Source: Candidatus Eiseniibacteriota bacterium
GTDB lineage: Bacteria; Eisenbacteria; RBG-16-71-46; CAVPCR01
Reading direction: 5' to 3'
Assembly: GCA_963702435.1 (NCBI GenBank)
Contig: CAVPCR010000005.1
Coordinates: forward strand, 192,001-256,000
Length of the DNA stretch: 64,000 nucleotides
The notes beneath the pieces are model-generated. The model was given only the letters and a program-made list of their open reading frames with translations. It ran no database searches and was not told the origin of the DNA. The position numbers and the translations under genes were made by a program. Shown in pieces: positions 1 to 14,139 of the stretch (position 1 is its first letter; the number at the start of each line of letters is the position of its first letter).

Positions 1-252
1 GCGCGCTTCCGCTTGCCGGTATGGATCGCGGCGCCGAGCGAAAACGAGGCCACGCGCCGCGCGCTCCTCCTCTCCTACGGCGCACACCCACTGGCGGTGC
101 CCGACCCGACCCCCGACTGGAGCGAGTTCGCGCGCCGCTTCGCGCGCGAGCAGGGCCTCGCGGGTCGGGTCGCGCTCCTCGTCGTCGGCCCGTCGCGGGC
201 CAATCCCGGCATCAATCATCGGGTCGAGCTGATCGCGCTCGAGTCCGGCTAG
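1..252 (+). CDS. pyk: Pyruvate kinase, C-terminal alpha/beta domain (5'-partial, runs off the window)
   Basis: The frame from base 1 reads ARFRLPVWIAAPSENEATRRALLLSYGAHP...GPS...NHRVELI, resembling the PK C-terminal 'R.RP..I.A......R.L.L.YGV.P' pattern. It lies next to carbohydrate genes. Confidence 0.65.
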   Translation, partial: ARFRLPVWIAAPSENEATRRALLLSYGAHPLAVPDPTPDWSEFARRFAREQGLAGRVALLVVGPSRANPGINHRVELIALESG

Positions 253-263
253 CGCCGGGCTCT

Positions 264-2036
264 TCAGGCGCGCGCGATCGCGCGGGCCACGATCTCCTGC
301 GCCGCGCTCTGGATCGCGCGCAGATGATCCGCGCCCCGGAAGCTCTCGGCGTAGATCTTGTAAGTATCCTCGGTGCCCGAGGGGCGGGCCGCGAACCAGC
401 CGCTCGCGGCCATCACCTTGAGGCCCCCGATCGGCTCGCCGTTCCCGGGCGCGGTGGTGAGCATGGCGATGATCGGCTCGCCGGCGAGCTCCGTCGCCGC
501 GATCTGATCGGGCGCGAGCCGCGCGAGGATCGCTTTCTCGGCCGCCGTCGCCGGCGCGTCGATCCGCGCGTAGACCGGCTCGCCGAGCTCTGCCGCGAGC
601 GCGCGGTAGAGCTCGCCCGGATCGCGTCCGGTCCGCGCGGTCATCTCGGCCGCGAGAAGGCCCATCACCATCCCGTCCTTGTCGGTCGTCCACACCGTGC
701 CGTCCCGCCGGAGGAAGGAGGCGCCCGCGCTCTCCTCCCCGGCGAACCCGAGGGTCCCGGCGGCGAGCCCCGGCACGAACCACTTGAAGCCGACCGGCAC
801 CTCGACCAGCGCGCGCCCGAGCTGCGCTGCGGCCCGGTCGATGAGCACGCTCGAGACCACCGTCTTCCCCACCCCCGCACCCGCCGGGAAGCCGGGACGA
901 TGGCGGAAGAGATAGCGGACCGCGACCGCCAGGAAGTGATTGGGGTTCAGGAGCCCCGAGCTCTGGGTCACGATGCCGTGCCGGTCGTGGTCGGTGTCGT
1001 TGGCGAAGGCGACTGCGAAGCAGTCCCGGAGCGCGACGAGCGGCGCCATGGCGTACGGCGACGAGCAGTCCATGCGGATCTTCCCGTCCCAGTCGAGCGC
1101 CATGAAGCGGAAGGTCGGATCGACGCCCGGGTTCACGACCTCGATCGCGATCCTGTACCGCTCGGCGATCGGGCCCCAATAGGCGACCCCGGCGCCGCCG
1201 AGCGGATCCACGCCGATCCGGATGCCGGCGCCCCGGATCGCGTCCATGTCGATCGCCGCCCCGAGATCGCCGGCGTAGCCGCCGATGTAATCGTGCGGCG
1301 TCGCGGCCTTCAGCGCTCGTTCGAACGGCGTGCGCCGGACACCGGCGAGGCCGGCGGCGAGGAGCGCGTTCGCCTCCTTCTCGATCCACGCGGTGACGGG
1401 CGTCTCGGCCGGACCGCCATGGGGCGGGTTGTACTTGATCCCGCCGTCGGCGGGGGGGTTGTGCGACGGCGTGATCACGATGCCGTCGGCGAGCCCCTGC
1501 GTGCGCCCGCGATTGTGGGTGAGGATCGCGTGCGAGATGACCGGCGTCGGCGTGTAGCCCCGATCGCGATCCACGTGCACGGACACGTCGTTCGCGACGA
1601 GCACCTCGAGCGCGGTCGCGAAGGCGGGCTCGGCGAGCGCGTGCGTGTCCATGCCGAGGAAAAGAGGCCCCGTGATGCCCTGCGCGCGGCGGTACCGGCA
1701 CACGGCCTCGGCCACCGCCAGGATGTGCGCCTCGTTGAAGGAGTTCGTGAGCGATGAGCCGCGATGCCCCGAAGTGCCGAAGGCCACGCGCTCGGCGGGC
1801 CGCGCCGGATCGGGGCGACCCGTGTAGTACGCGGTCACCAGGCGCGGCACGTTGACGAGCGCGGAGGCCGGCGCCGGCTGCCCGGCGAGCGGATGGAGGC
1901 CGGGCCCGGCGGACGCCGCTCCGTCCGTCGTGCGGGCTCTCCTGGTGCGGGCTCTCCTGGTGCGGTCTTCCTTCATACGGTCTTCCTTCGTGCGGTCTTC
2001 CTTCGTGCGGTCTTCCTTCATGCGGTCTTCCTTCAT
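264..2036 (-). CDS. pgm: Phosphoglucomutase (alpha-D-glucose-1,6-bisphosphate-dependent)
   Basis: Motifs [17 protein letters not shown] (phosphoserine), NDTDHDRHG (metal loop), GEESAG and RPSGTE. The ATG at 2036 overlaps the glgX stop (ATGA). Confidence 0.95.
   Translation of the reverse strand: MKEDRMKEDRTKEDRTKEDRMKEDRTRRARTRRARTTDGAASAGPGLHPLAGQPAPASALVNVPRLVTAYYTGRPDPARPAERVAFGTSGHRGSSLTNSFNEAHILAVAEAVCRYRRAQGITGPLFLGMDTHALAEPAFATALEVLVANDVSVHVDRDRGYTPTPVISHAILTHNRGRTQGLADGIVITPSHNPPADGGIKYNPPHGGPAETPVTAWIEKEANALLAAGLAGVRRTPFERALKAATPHDYIGGYAGDLGAAIDMDAIRGAGIRIGVDPLGGAGVAYWGPIAERYRIAIEVVNPGVDPTFRFMALDWDGKIRMDCSSPYAMAPLVALRDCFAVAFANDTDHDRHGIVTQSSGLLNPNHFLAVAVRYLFRHRPGFPAGAGVGKTVVSSVLIDRAAAQLGRALVEVPVGFKWFVPGLAAGTLGFAGEESAGASFLRRDGTVWTTDKDGMVMGLLAAEMTARTGRDPGELYRALAAELGEPVYARIDAPATAAEKAILARLAPDQIAATELAGEPIIAMLTTAPGNGEPIGGLKVMAASGWFAARPSGTEDTYKIYAESFRGADHLRAIQSAAQEIVARAIARA
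1932..2036 (-). repeat. 15-bp tandem repeats at the pgm 5' end (5x [M/T]KEDR, then 2x TRRAR)
   Basis: Plus strand gcggtcttccttc(a/g)t x5 at 1962-2036 and gcgggctctcctggt x2 at 1932-1961. Confidence 0.95.
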
Positions 2037-4111
2037 GACGCCTCCGCGACGAGGATCACGAGCCCGCGTCCGACGACCGGCGCGCGCCGCGGGGCGGGGA
2101 GCGGGCGGCGCGCCCCCGGCTCGGAGTAGTCGCCGGGGGCCGCCGCCGCGGTGTCGACCGCGATCCGCCAGGTCGTCGTCGCGGGCGGGGCCGGGACCGC
2201 GAACACGACCGCCTCGGTCCCCGCGTTCGCCAGCAGGCAGAGATCGGATCCGCCGTCCCGGGATGCGCGGACATGCGCGCCGAGCGCGCGTTCCCGATCC
2301 CAGGTCGGAGCGCCGCCCGCCGGATCGAACCACGCCAGCTCCTCCGGCGTGTAGAACGACTCGCGGGCGAGGACGGGGTGGCCGGCCCGGAAGGCGATGA
2401 GCCCGCGCACGAAGCGCACGAGATCGCGATTCGCGGCGCACAGATCCCAGTCGAACCAGGAGATCTCGTTGTCCTGGCAGTAGGCGTTGTTGTTCCCGCG
2501 CTGCGTACGCCGGAACTCGTCACCGCCGAGGAGCATGGGCACACCCCGCGAAAAGAAGAGGGTGGCCAGCATGTTCCTGATCTGCCGGCGGCGGACCGCC
2601 TCGATCGCCGGATCGGCGGTCGGCCCTTCCTGGCCGTAGTTGGCACCCAGGTCGTGGTCGCTGCCGTCCCGCCCATTCTCGCTGTTGGCCCGGTTGTGCT
2701 TCCGCTCGTAGCTCACCAGATCATTGAGCGTGAAGCCGTCGTGGGAGGTGACGAAGTTGATCGAGTTGATCGTGCGCTCGCCGGTGTGCTGGTACAGGTC
2801 GGCGCTCCCGGCGAGCCGCGTAGCGAAGGCGCCGCACATGCCGGGGTCGCCGCGCCAGAAGCGCCGCATGTCGTCGCGATAGTGTCCGTTCCACTCCGAC
2901 CAGCGCGTGCCCGGGAAGCTCCCCACCTGATAGGCGCCGCCGGCATCCCAGGCCTCGGCGATGAGCTTCAGGTCCTGGAGCACCGCCGACTCGGCGATCG
3001 CCTCGAGGAGCGGCGGATTCGGGTGGAGCCGCCCGTCCTGGTCCCGGCCGAGCACCGAGGCCAGGTCGAAGCGGAAACCGTCCACGTGCATCTCGAGCGC
3101 CCAGTATCTGAGGCAGTCCATGATGAAGGCACGGACGACCGGATGGTTGCAGTTGACCGTGTTCCCGCAGCCCGAGAAGTTCTGGTAGCGGCGCCGGTCG
3201 CCGTCCGCGAGCAGGTAGAAGATGCGGTTCATGAGCCCGCGGAAGTGGAGCGTGGGGCCGCGCTCGTCGCCCTCCGCCGTGTGATTGAAGACGACATCGA
3301 GGATCACCTCGATGCCGGCCTTGTGCAGCTCGCGCACCATGGTCTTGAACTCGGCGACCTGGGCGCCGGGACCCGAATCGGCGGCGTAGCCGGCGGCGGG
3401 CGCGAAGAAGCCGACCGAGCTGTAGCCCCAGTAGTTCCGGAGCCGCTGTCCGCTCTCCGGATCGGTGAGCGTGAGCTCCCGCGGGTTGAACTCGGCGACC
3501 GGCATGAGCTCGACGCTCTTCACCCCGAGCTCTTTGAGATAGGGGATCTTCGCAACGAGGCCACGGAAGGTGCCGGGTTGCGCGACCGCGGACGACGGAT
3601 GCATGGTGAAACCGCGCACGTGCATCTCGTAGATCACGGTCCGCGACCACGGGTGGCGGAGCGGACGATCGCCCTGCCAGTCGAAGTGCGGATCGATGAC
3701 CAGGCTCCGCGCGCGCCAGCGCGCGTCGGCGGCGTCGTGCCCGTCGTTCCACCAGGCGGGTGCGAGCGCCTGCGCGTACGGATCGAGGAGGACCTGGCGC
3801 CGGTCGAAACGATGGCCGTCCGCGGGGTCGTCCGGACCGTCGACCCGGTAGGCGTAGGCCTGCCCCGCGGCGACTCCGGCCACCCACACGTGCCACATGT
3901 CCCCGGTCCGGTTCCGGACCGGATCGAGCTCGATCGTGACCGCCGGCTCGGCGGCAGCGGGATCGGCGTAGAGGAGGAGCCAGACGCGGGTCGCATGCCG
4001 GCTCGCGAGCGCGAAATTGGCGCCGCCATCCACGAGATGCGCGCCCGGCGGCAACGGGAATCCGGTGTCGGTGCGCGGCGCGGCGCCGTTGGTTGCAGAG
4101 TCGCCGCTCAT
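2033..4111 (-). CDS. glgX: Glycogen debranching enzyme / isoamylase (GH13)
   Basis: Motifs [51 protein letters not shown] and [11 protein letters not shown]. Confidence 0.95.
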   Translation of the reverse strand: MSGDSATNGAAPRTDTGFPLPPGAHLVDGGANFALASRHATRVWLLLYADPAAAEPAVTIELDPVRNRTGDMWHVWVAGVAAGQAYAYRVDGPDDPADGHRFDRRQVLLDPYAQALAPAWWNDGHDAADARWRARSLVIDPHFDWQGDRPLRHPWSRTVIYEMHVRGFTMHPSSAVAQPGTFRGLVAKIPYLKELGVKSVELMPVAEFNPRELTLTDPESGQRLRNYWGYSSVGFFAPAAGYAADSGPGAQVAEFKTMVRELHKAGIEVILDVVFNHTAEGDERGPTLHFRGLMNRIFYLLADGDRRRYQNFSGCGNTVNCNHPVVRAFIMDCLRYWALEMHVDGFRFDLASVLGRDQDGRLHPNPPLLEAIAESAVLQDLKLIAEAWDAGGAYQVGSFPGTRWSEWNGHYRDDMRRFWRGDPGMCGAFATRLAGSADLYQHTGERTINSINFVTSHDGFTLNDLVSYERKHNRANSENGRDGSDHDLGANYGQEGPTADPAIEAVRRRQIRNMLATLFFSRGVPMLLGGDEFRRTQRGNNNAYCQDNEISWFDWDLCAANRDLVRFVRGLIAFRAGHPVLARESFYTPEELAWFDPAGGAPTWDRERALGAHVRASRDGGSDLCLLANAGTEAVVFAVPAPPATTTWRIAVDTAAAAPGDYSEPGARRPLPAPRRAPVVGRGLVILVAEAS

Positions 4112-4115
4112 CGCT

Positions 4116-4874
4116 CTAGCCGGCGTGGACCAGCGCGGCCGCGGCGCGATCCACGAAGAAGAGGAGCGCGCCGTTCTCCGGCTCGACGCGCGCTGCGGGC
4201 AGCGTGACGCCGGCGACCGTGCCGCGCACGACGGCGGCAACCGCCCGCGCCTTGGCGCTCCCGGCGACCAGGAAGACGACGCGCGCAGCCGCATTGAGCA
4301 CGGGCAGCGTGAGGGTCATCCGTCGTGCGACGAGGCCCTCGACGGTAGCGGGCAGGACGAGCCGCCACCTCTCGTCGAGCGCCGGCGAGCCCGGAAAGAG
4401 CGAGGCCGTGTGCCCGTCGGCGCCAAGGCCGAGGAGGATGAGATCGAAGCGCGGGAGCTCGTCGCCCGCGAGCGCGAAGAAGGCCCGGAGCTCGTCCTCG
4501 TAGCGCGCCGCCGCCTGCTCCGGCGCGGGATCCTCGCCCTGCATGCGATGCACCTGATCGCCGGGGATCTGCACGTGATCGAGGAGGCTCTCCTTCACCA
4601 TCCGGAAGTTGCTCTCCGGATGGTCGGGCGGCACGCAGCGCTCGTCCCCGAAGAAGAGATGGGTCACCGCCCACGGCACGCGATCGCGATAGGCACCGCT
4701 GGCGAGCAGCGAGTAGAGGCTCCGCGGCGTCGCGCCGCCGGCGAGCGCCACGGTGAAGCGCCCGTTCTCCACCACGCGCGCGCGAGCGAGCGCCGTGAAG
4801 TGCTCGGCCGCGCGCAGGCTGAGCGCCGCCAGGTCGGTGCACTCGACGATCTCGCGCCGGTCCGCCCTGCTCAT
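4116..4874 (-). CDS. pgl: 6-phosphogluconolactonase (DevB type)
   Basis: Motifs ALAGGATP, FFGDERCVPPDHPESN, LLGLGADGHTASLFP and RMTLT. Confidence 0.93.
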   Translation of the reverse strand: MSRADRREIVECTDLAALSLRAAEHFTALARARVVENGRFTVALAGGATPRSLYSLLASGAYRDRVPWAVTHLFFGDERCVPPDHPESNFRMVKESLLDHVQIPGDQVHRMQGEDPAPEQAAARYEDELRAFFALAGDELPRFDLILLGLGADGHTASLFPGSPALDERWRLVLPATVEGLVARRMTLTLPVLNAAARVVFLVAGSAKARAVAAVVRGTVAGVTLPAARVEPENGALLFFVDRAAAALVHAG

Positions 4875-4965
4875 GGCCGGCGGGCCTCGCCGTTCGACGG
4901 CAAGCCGAAGCGAGCCTCGAATGCAGCCTCCATCCTTCCTCCGGGACCGCGGCCGACAGCCGCGC

Positions 4966-5961
4966 TCAGCGCTCGCGCCAGGACTTGAGGACCTTGATGT
5001 AGTTCGCGCGCTCCAGGGCTTCCGCGTCCGGACAGGTCGCCAGGTTCATGCTGCCCCGCATCTGGGCCAGCGAATGGTACTCATGCTCTTCCATCCAGGT
5101 GACCATGTCCCCGCGGATCTTCGCGAGCGCATCCGGGCCCTTCTGCAGGAGCTCGGACACGACCTGCACCGCGTGCGCTCCGGCCATCACCGACTTGACC
5201 GCGTCGAGCGCGGTGTGCACGCCACCCGTGACCGCGAACGAGGTCTCGAGCTGGCTCGAGAGGATGGCGAGCCAGCGCAGCCGCAGCGTGAGCTCGGAGC
5301 TGTTCGAGAGGTGCAGGGTCGGCACGACCTCGAGCGCGTCCACGTCGATGTCGGGCTGGTAGAAGCGGTTGAAGAGGACGAGCCCGTCGGCGCCGGCCCC
5401 GGCCAGCCGCCGCGCGGTGTGCGCGAGCGAGGTGTAGAACGGCGAGAGCTTGAGCGCCACCGGGATGGTGACCGCGCCCTTCACCGCCCGCACCATCTCG
5501 ACGGTCCGCTCCTCGAGCGACTGGCCGTCGGTCTCCGGGTCGGAGGCCAACGAGTAGACGTTGAGCTCGAGCGCATCGGCGCCCGCCTCCTCCATGAGCC
5601 GGGCGTACTCGAGCCAGCCGCCGAGGGTCGTGCCGTTGAGCGAGGCGATCACCGGCACCGCCACCGTGCGCTTCACCCGACGCAGATGATCGAGGTATTC
5701 CTCCGGCCCGAGCCGGAACCAGTCCGGATCGGGGAGAAAGCTCCGCGCCTCGGCGGAGAACTCGCTTTGCTCGTCGGTGTGACGGAAGGCCGCAATCTGC
5801 TCGCGGGTGATCTGCTCCTCGAACAGGGAGTGCATGACGATCGCCGACGCGCCGGCGTCCTCGAGCCGCTTGACCTGGCCGAGGTCTTCCATGAGCGGCG
5901 ACGCTCCGGGCATGAAGGGATGCGCGAGATCGAGGCCCAGGTACTTGGTCGAAAGATCCAT
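4966..5961 (-). CDS. Dihydroorotate dehydrogenase-like flavoprotein (nifJ-associated family)
   Basis: MDLSTKYLGL, SLFEEQI, IASLNG, ELNVY, KLSPFYT, LFNRFYQPDID and TGGVH. It lies immediately downstream of nifJ. Confidence 0.88.
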   Translation of the reverse strand: MDLSTKYLGLDLAHPFMPGASPLMEDLGQVKRLEDAGASAIVMHSLFEEQITREQIAAFRHTDEQSEFSAEARSFLPDPDWFRLGPEEYLDHLRRVKRTVAVPVIASLNGTTLGGWLEYARLMEEAGADALELNVYSLASDPETDGQSLEERTVEMVRAVKGAVTIPVALKLSPFYTSLAHTARRLAGAGADGLVLFNRFYQPDIDVDALEVVPTLHLSNSSELTLRLRWLAILSSQLETSFAVTGGVHTALDAVKSVMAGAHAVQVVSELLQKGPDALAKIRGDMVTWMEEHEYHSLAQMRGSMNLATCPDAEALERANYIKVLKSWRER

Positions 5962-5970
5962 GGCTCCCTC

Positions 5971-9573
<3,603 letters not shown>

Positions 9574-9887
9574 GGTGATCATGGAAGGTTTCCTCACATC
9601 GGATGGGCCGGCCAGAGTCGTCGCGCCGCCGGCTTCCGCTGCCGTGCGGACATTTGGAACCGCCGAATGGCCGGCGCGACCGGAAACAAAGGAGGGGCGG
9701 GATGGGGGCCGCGAGAGGCGCCGCCGCCCGCGGCAAGCCGCGATGGTGATACGGAGCCTGTATCGTCCAAGACCGCAGAACCCTGGGGATAGAAACCGAC
9801 CGTCGCCCGGCAGCGTAGCACCGCGGCGGCGAGAAAGCAAAGCACGGGAAGCAGCGGGCCGGAGAGCAGTTGGCCGGGCCAGACGCC

Positions 9888-9920
9888 GAGGGCCCGCGCC
9901 GGCAACCGGCGCGGGCCCTC
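9888..9920. terminator. Perfect 15-bp-stem GC hairpin downstream of the 9957-10604 gene
   Basis: gagggcccgcgccgg-caa-ccggcgcgggccctc. There is no U-tract. Confidence 0.5.
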
Positions 9921-9956
9921 ATCATGGCGATGGGCGCGATCTGCCCCCGGCGGGAC

Positions 9957-10604
9957 CTACCTCGCCGCGCCTGTCAGCGCCTGGTACTTCGCCAGCTGCT
10001 CCGGCGTGAGGACCTTGGCGACCTCCTTGTCGAGATCGGCATAGATCTTCTCGAGACTCTGCCGCCCCTTCTCGATGTCGGCCGGCTCGACCTTCCCCTT
10101 GTCGCCGATTTCCTGGAGGAGATCCAGTGCGCCCTGTGTCGACTTGATCGCCACCGGCTCGAGCTTGGTCACCTGGTCATCGGTGAGACCGAGGAGGATG
10201 CGCCAGTCGGCCAGGCTCTCGTCGGCCGCCGCCTCGACGAAAGCCTTCTCGATCTTGTCGCGCAGGTCCGGCATCTTCTTCTGCTGCTCGGGCGTGAGGA
10301 TCTGCTGTGCCTTCTTCTGGAAATCGTCCTTGATCTTCTTGCGCTCGGCCAGGAAGCGGTTGAGATCCGGGGGGTTGCCGGCCTCGAGCGTGTCGAGCGC
10401 CGCATCCATCCTCACGACGCGCTCCACGATCACCGGCTTGAGCTGGAGGACCTGCTCGTCGGAGAGCTTGAGCCACTCCTTCAAGCTGGTCGCCGTCGCG
10501 GCGCCGGGATCGGGATCCGCGGCGAGAACGGCAGCCGCCGCTGCCATGAGCAGCAGGGCGACAAGGGCCGCCAGGCGGCGGCCGGAGAGTGATCCAAGGG
10601 CCAT
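9957..10604 (-). CDS. Secreted helical protein with Spy/CpxP-like LTxEQ repeats
   Basis: Signal peptide RRLAALVALLLMAAAAAVLA, repeated L(S/T)(D/P)(E/D)Q motifs, and AGGAG RBS 7 nt upstream. Confidence 0.7.
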   Translation of the reverse strand: MALGSLSGRRLAALVALLLMAAAAAVLAADPDPGAATATSLKEWLKLSDEQVLQLKPVIVERVVRMDAALDTLEAGNPPDLNRFLAERKKIKDDFQKKAQQILTPEQQKKMPDLRDKIEKAFVEAAADESLADWRILLGLTDDQVTKLEPVAIKSTQGALDLLQEIGDKGKVEPADIEKGRQSLEKIYADLDKEVAKVLTPEQLAKYQALTGAAR

Positions 10605-10674
10605 GGGGCAACTCCTGTGTGTCTTGAGTTTGACAATCTGGAAACGATGGTGAAGTCGCACTGTTGCGGCAGCC

Positions 10675-10703
10675 ATTATCGAAGGTCGCGGCCGCTCCGT
10701 CAA
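10675..10703 (-). promoter_or_regulatory. sigma70-like promoter
   Basis: TTGACG-N17-GATAAT upstream of the 10604 start. Confidence 0.6.
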
Positions 10704-10730
10704 GCCGGCTCACCGCGGATCGGGGTGGCC

Positions 10731-11050
10731 TCAGACCGGCGCGAGCACGTAGATCACCCACGGCGCGATCGCCGTTTCGTTCACCCATGCGTAGGGCTCG
10801 TCCACCCGCCCCAGCGGCCGGTGGACCGCCACTCGCTCGAGGCGGGCAGCCGCGTACACCTCCGCGTAGGACTCCTCCGACCACAGCACGTCCTCGACCG
10901 GGCGCGGATCGCCGCCCTCGGTGATCACGATGCGCACCGGATCCCCGCTTCGCGCGTGCCGGTTTTCCGGGAAGTCGCGCGTCGAGAAGGAAGCCCACTC
11001 GTGCCAGTAGATCTCGGGCGCCGAAACGAGATTGACGAGGCGCCCGCCGG
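10731..11050 (-). pseudogene. Probable C-terminal remnant of a class I SAM-dependent methyltransferase
   Basis: GGRLVNLVSAPEIYWHEWASFSTRDFPEN...WVIYVL reads like the part after the 'LKPGG' motif. No SAM-binding N-half or credible start is present, and the upstream DNA is the promoter of the RNB gene. Confidence 0.5.
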
Positions 11051-11069
11051 CACACGATTCCCGGGCGCA

Positions 11070-11098
11070 TTGTCCGCCTCCCCCCGAACGCCTATAGT
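11070..11098 (+). promoter_or_regulatory. sigma70-like promoter, probably leaderless transcript
   Basis: TTGTCC-N17-TATAGT lies 8 nt before ATG 11107, with no SD sequence. Confidence 0.6.
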
Positions 11099-11106
11099 TC
11101 CACGCC

Positions 11107-12588
11107 ATGGGCGCACCGAACTCCGTGAACGGGAATCACCGGGCCGCCCTCGAGCGGATCGCCCGCCGGGCGATGCTCGAGCGCGGACTCCGCCCCGACT
11201 TCCCGCCGGCCGCGCTCGCGGCCGCCGCCGCGGTCGAACCGGCATCGCTCGACCGCGACCCCGGGCGGCAGGATCTCCGCCATCTCCTCTGGGCCTCGAT
11301 CGACAACGACGACTCGCGCGACCTGGATCAGCTGACGGCGGCCGTCCCGCAGGCGAACGGGGCGACGCGCATCCTGGTCGCGATCGCCGAGGTGGACGCT
11401 CTCGTCGAGAAGGACTCGGCGATCGACGAGCATGCACGCCACAACACGACCTCGATCTACACTCCCGCGCGCATCTTCCCGATGCTGCCCGAGCGGCTAT
11501 CGACCGACCTGACGTCGCTCGCTCCCGGCCGGGACCGCGCCGCGATCGTCGTCGACATGACGGTCGCGCCGGACGGCCGGCTCCGCGCCGCCGAGATCTA
11601 TCGCGCCGTCGTGCGAAACCACGCCCAGCTCGCCTACGCGAGCGTCGCCGCCTGGCTCGAGGGGACGGAGCCGCTTCCGGCGGCCGCCGCTGCGGTCCCC
11701 GGTCTCGACGCGAACCTCCGGCTGCAGGAGGCGGCCGCGGAGTGCCTCCGCAGCCGGCGCCACGAGCAGGGGGCGCTCGACCTCGCGACCATCCAGGCCC
11801 GCCCGGTATTCGCCGGCGACGTGGTCGTCGATCTCGAGATCGACGAGAAGAACCGCGCGAAGTCGCTGATCGAGGACCTCATGATCGCGGCCAACGGCGT
11901 GACGGCGCGCTTCCTTGAGGCGAAGCAGGTGCCGTCGCTCCGGCGGGTCGTCCCCGTTCCGCGCCGCTGGGAGCGGATCGCCGACCTGGCTGCCGCGCTC
12001 GGCGAGCGCCTGCCGGCGCGCCCCGATGCGAGAGCGCTCGCCGAGGTCCTCGACCGCGAGCGGGAGAAGGACCCGCTTCGCTTCCCCGATCTCTCGCTCG
12101 CCGTCGTCAAGCTCCTCGGTTCCGGCGAGTACACGGTCGAGCATCCCAGCGAGGCGCCGGAGGGGCACTTCGGGCTCGCCGTCCGCGACTACACGCACTC
12201 GACGGCGCCCAATCGGCGGTTCCCCGATCTCATCACCCAGCGGCTCGTCAAGGCGGCGCTCGCCGGCGAGCCGATGCCGTACGCTGCGATCGAGCTCGAG
12301 GCGCTGGCGCGCCACTGCACGCGGAAGGAAGACGATGCCGACAAGGTGGAGCGACTCGTCAGCAAGGCGGCGGCCGCGCTTCTCTTCCGGTCCCGCATCG
12401 GCCAGCGATTCGACGCGCTCGTCACCGGCGCCTCGCCCAAGGGAACCTGGGTGCGCACCCTCGATCCGCCGGTGGAGGGCATGCTGATCGCCGGCGCCGG
12501 CGTGGATGTCGGCGACCGGGTCCGCGTCGAACTGGTGAGCGCCGACGTCGAGAACGGCTACATCGACTTCCGAACGACTGCGCGCTGA
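11107..12588 (+). CDS. RNB-domain exoribonuclease (RNase II/R family, short form)
   Basis: SIDNDDSRDLDQ catalytic motif, GHFGLA..YTHSTAPNRRFPDL and a C-terminal S1-like domain. Confidence 0.9.
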   Translation: MGAPNSVNGNHRAALERIARRAMLERGLRPDFPPAALAAAAAVEPASLDRDPGRQDLRHLLWASIDNDDSRDLDQLTAAVPQANGATRILVAIAEVDALVEKDSAIDEHARHNTTSIYTPARIFPMLPERLSTDLTSLAPGRDRAAIVVDMTVAPDGRLRAAEIYRAVVRNHAQLAYASVAAWLEGTEPLPAAAAAVPGLDANLRLQEAAAECLRSRRHEQGALDLATIQARPVFAGDVVVDLEIDEKNRAKSLIEDLMIAANGVTARFLEAKQVPSLRRVVPVPRRWERIADLAAALGERLPARPDARALAEVLDREREKDPLRFPDLSLAVVKLLGSGEYTVEHPSEAPEGHFGLAVRDYTHSTAPNRRFPDLITQRLVKAALAGEPMPYAAIELEALARHCTRKEDDADKVERLVSKAAAALLFRSRIGQRFDALVTGASPKGTWVRTLDPPVEGMLIAGAGVDVGDRVRVELVSADVENGYIDFRTTAR

Positions 12589-12621
12589 GACGGGGTCTCG
12601 AGGCGCGAGATGAGGTGAAAC

Positions 12622-13209
12622 ATGAGTCTGCACATCCTGGGCATCGCCGGCAGCCTGCGCCGCGGGTCGTACAACCGCGCCCTCCTGCGGGCCGCCGCCG
12701 GCCTCCTCCCTGCCGACACGGTCATCCAGACGGCGGAGATCGGCGGGCTCCCGCTCTACGACGCCGACCTCGAGGCGATGGGCGTGCCCGCCGCCGTGGT
12801 CGAGCTCAAAGCCCGCGTGCGCGCCGCCGACGCCCTCCTGATCGCGACCCCGGAGTACAACACTTCGGTCCCCGGCGTCCTGAAGAACGCGCTCGACTGG
12901 CTCTCGCGCCCGCCCGATCAGGTCCTCGACGGCAAGCCGGCGGCCATCATGGGCGCCTCCCCCGGCATGTTCGGAACCGCGCGCTCCCAGCAGCACCTGC
13001 GGCAGATCGCGACGACCCTGAACCTCCTCGTCCTGGCCAAGCCGGATGTGTTCGTACCGCGCGCCGCGGAGAAGTTCAGCGCCGAGGGCGAGCTCACCGA
13101 CGAGCGGAGCCGCGAGGCGGTGCGAAAGCTCGTCTTCGCGCTCCGCGACTGGACGCTCCGCCTGCGCGTGGCGGAGGGCGGCCCCGGCACCCCACCGGTG
13201 TCAGTCTGA
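12622..13209 (+). CDS. NADPH-dependent FMN reductase (ChrR-like)
   Basis: GSLRRGSYNRALL and TPEYNTSVPGVLKNALDWLSR. Confidence 0.92.
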   Translation: MSLHILGIAGSLRRGSYNRALLRAAAGLLPADTVIQTAEIGGLPLYDADLEAMGVPAAVVELKARVRAADALLIATPEYNTSVPGVLKNALDWLSRPPDQVLDGKPAAIMGASPGMFGTARSQQHLRQIATTLNLLVLAKPDVFVPRAAEKFSAEGELTDERSREAVRKLVFALRDWTLRLRVAEGGPGTPPVSV

Positions 13210-13269
13210 CCGTCAGATCTCCTCTGCGGTCCCGGGGGAGTCGCGCCGGATGAACGTCTCGTGAACCGC

Positions 13270-13304
13270 GAAAACGAAGACCCCGGTGGATCGCTCCACC
13301 GGGG
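13270..13304 (-). terminator. Intrinsic terminator of the RRM gene
   Basis: Hairpin ccccggtgga-tcgc-tccaccgggg followed on the minus strand by TCTTCGTTTT. Confidence 0.7.
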
Positions 13305-13353
13305 CCCCTGGTGTGGATTCGCCTTCGAATCCGGTCTTGTTGTCGATTTCGGT

Positions 13354-13644
13354 CTAGTAGTAGGAGCCGCGCCGGCCGCCGCTGCCGCTGCCGGTACGCT
13401 CGCGCGCCTCGTTGACGGCGATCGAGCGACCGCCCATCTCCTGGCCGTTGAGCGCGCTGATGGCAGCCTCCGCATCGGTCTGGTTCGCCATCTCGACGAA
13501 GGCGAAGCCGCGCGGGCGGCCGGTGTCGCGATCGGTGACGATCGACACCTGCGAAACAGTGCGCCCATCGGCCTCGAAGAGGCGGCGCAGTTCGTTCTCG
13601 TCGATCTCGTAAGGCAGGTTGCCTACATAAAGTCTGGTACCCAT
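13354..13644 (-). CDS. RNA recognition motif (RRM) RNA-binding protein
   Basis: RNP2 LYVGNL, RNP1 RGFAFVEM, VNEARER and a Gly-rich tail. Confidence 0.95.
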   Translation of the reverse strand: MGTRLYVGNLPYEIDENELRRLFEADGRTVSQVSIVTDRDTGRPRGFAFVEMANQTDAEAAISALNGQEMGGRSIAVNEARERTGSGSGGRRGSYY

Positions 13645-13768
13645 GTCTCTAACTCCCTATTCCTGACAGGTTCCGCACGCCGATCCCGCAGCCATACCGG
13701 CGTCTCGGAAAGGAGAAGCAGACATGGTCCGGCGAGGCGCCGGGGGTTCCGAAGAGCCACAAGCCGCC

Positions 13769-13804
13769 AAAAAAAGACGCCGCGGGAACAGGTCCTCCGC
13801 GGCG
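13769..13804 (-). terminator. Terminator-like hairpin inside the RRM 5' leader
   Basis: Minus strand CGCCGCGG-aggacctgttc-CCGCGGCG-TCTTTTTTT, about 125 nt upstream of the RRM start. Confidence 0.6.
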
Positions 13805-14063
13805 AGACTTTCTTTTGCGTCTTGTTGCCGCCGGCCAGCCGGCGGTCCGGATCCCACTAGCACTATCGGGTTCCGGGCGAGCGGAGTCAAGCGTTCATTT
13901 GGCTCTTTCTCCCGCGGACCCGCCGCGGCCCGCCGCTTGCTACCGGTCGCCTGGAGGAAGATGGTACTGCCAATGGCCTTACCGATGCGGGCCCCCGGGC
14001 GCGCGCCCGGGCGTTGCGGAGGCGGCGCGGGCGTCGCGGAGGCGGCGACCCGTTACCAGGCCC

Positions 14064-14092
14064 TTGATCCGGCCCGCCGACCACGGTACATT
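14064..14092 (+). promoter_or_regulatory. sigma70-like promoter of the helicase
   Basis: TTGATC-N17-TACATT. Confidence 0.6.
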
Positions 14093-14139
14093 CCGCGCGG
14101 TGGGGGATCATCCACCCACCGATTGTGAGGAGAGACCGC

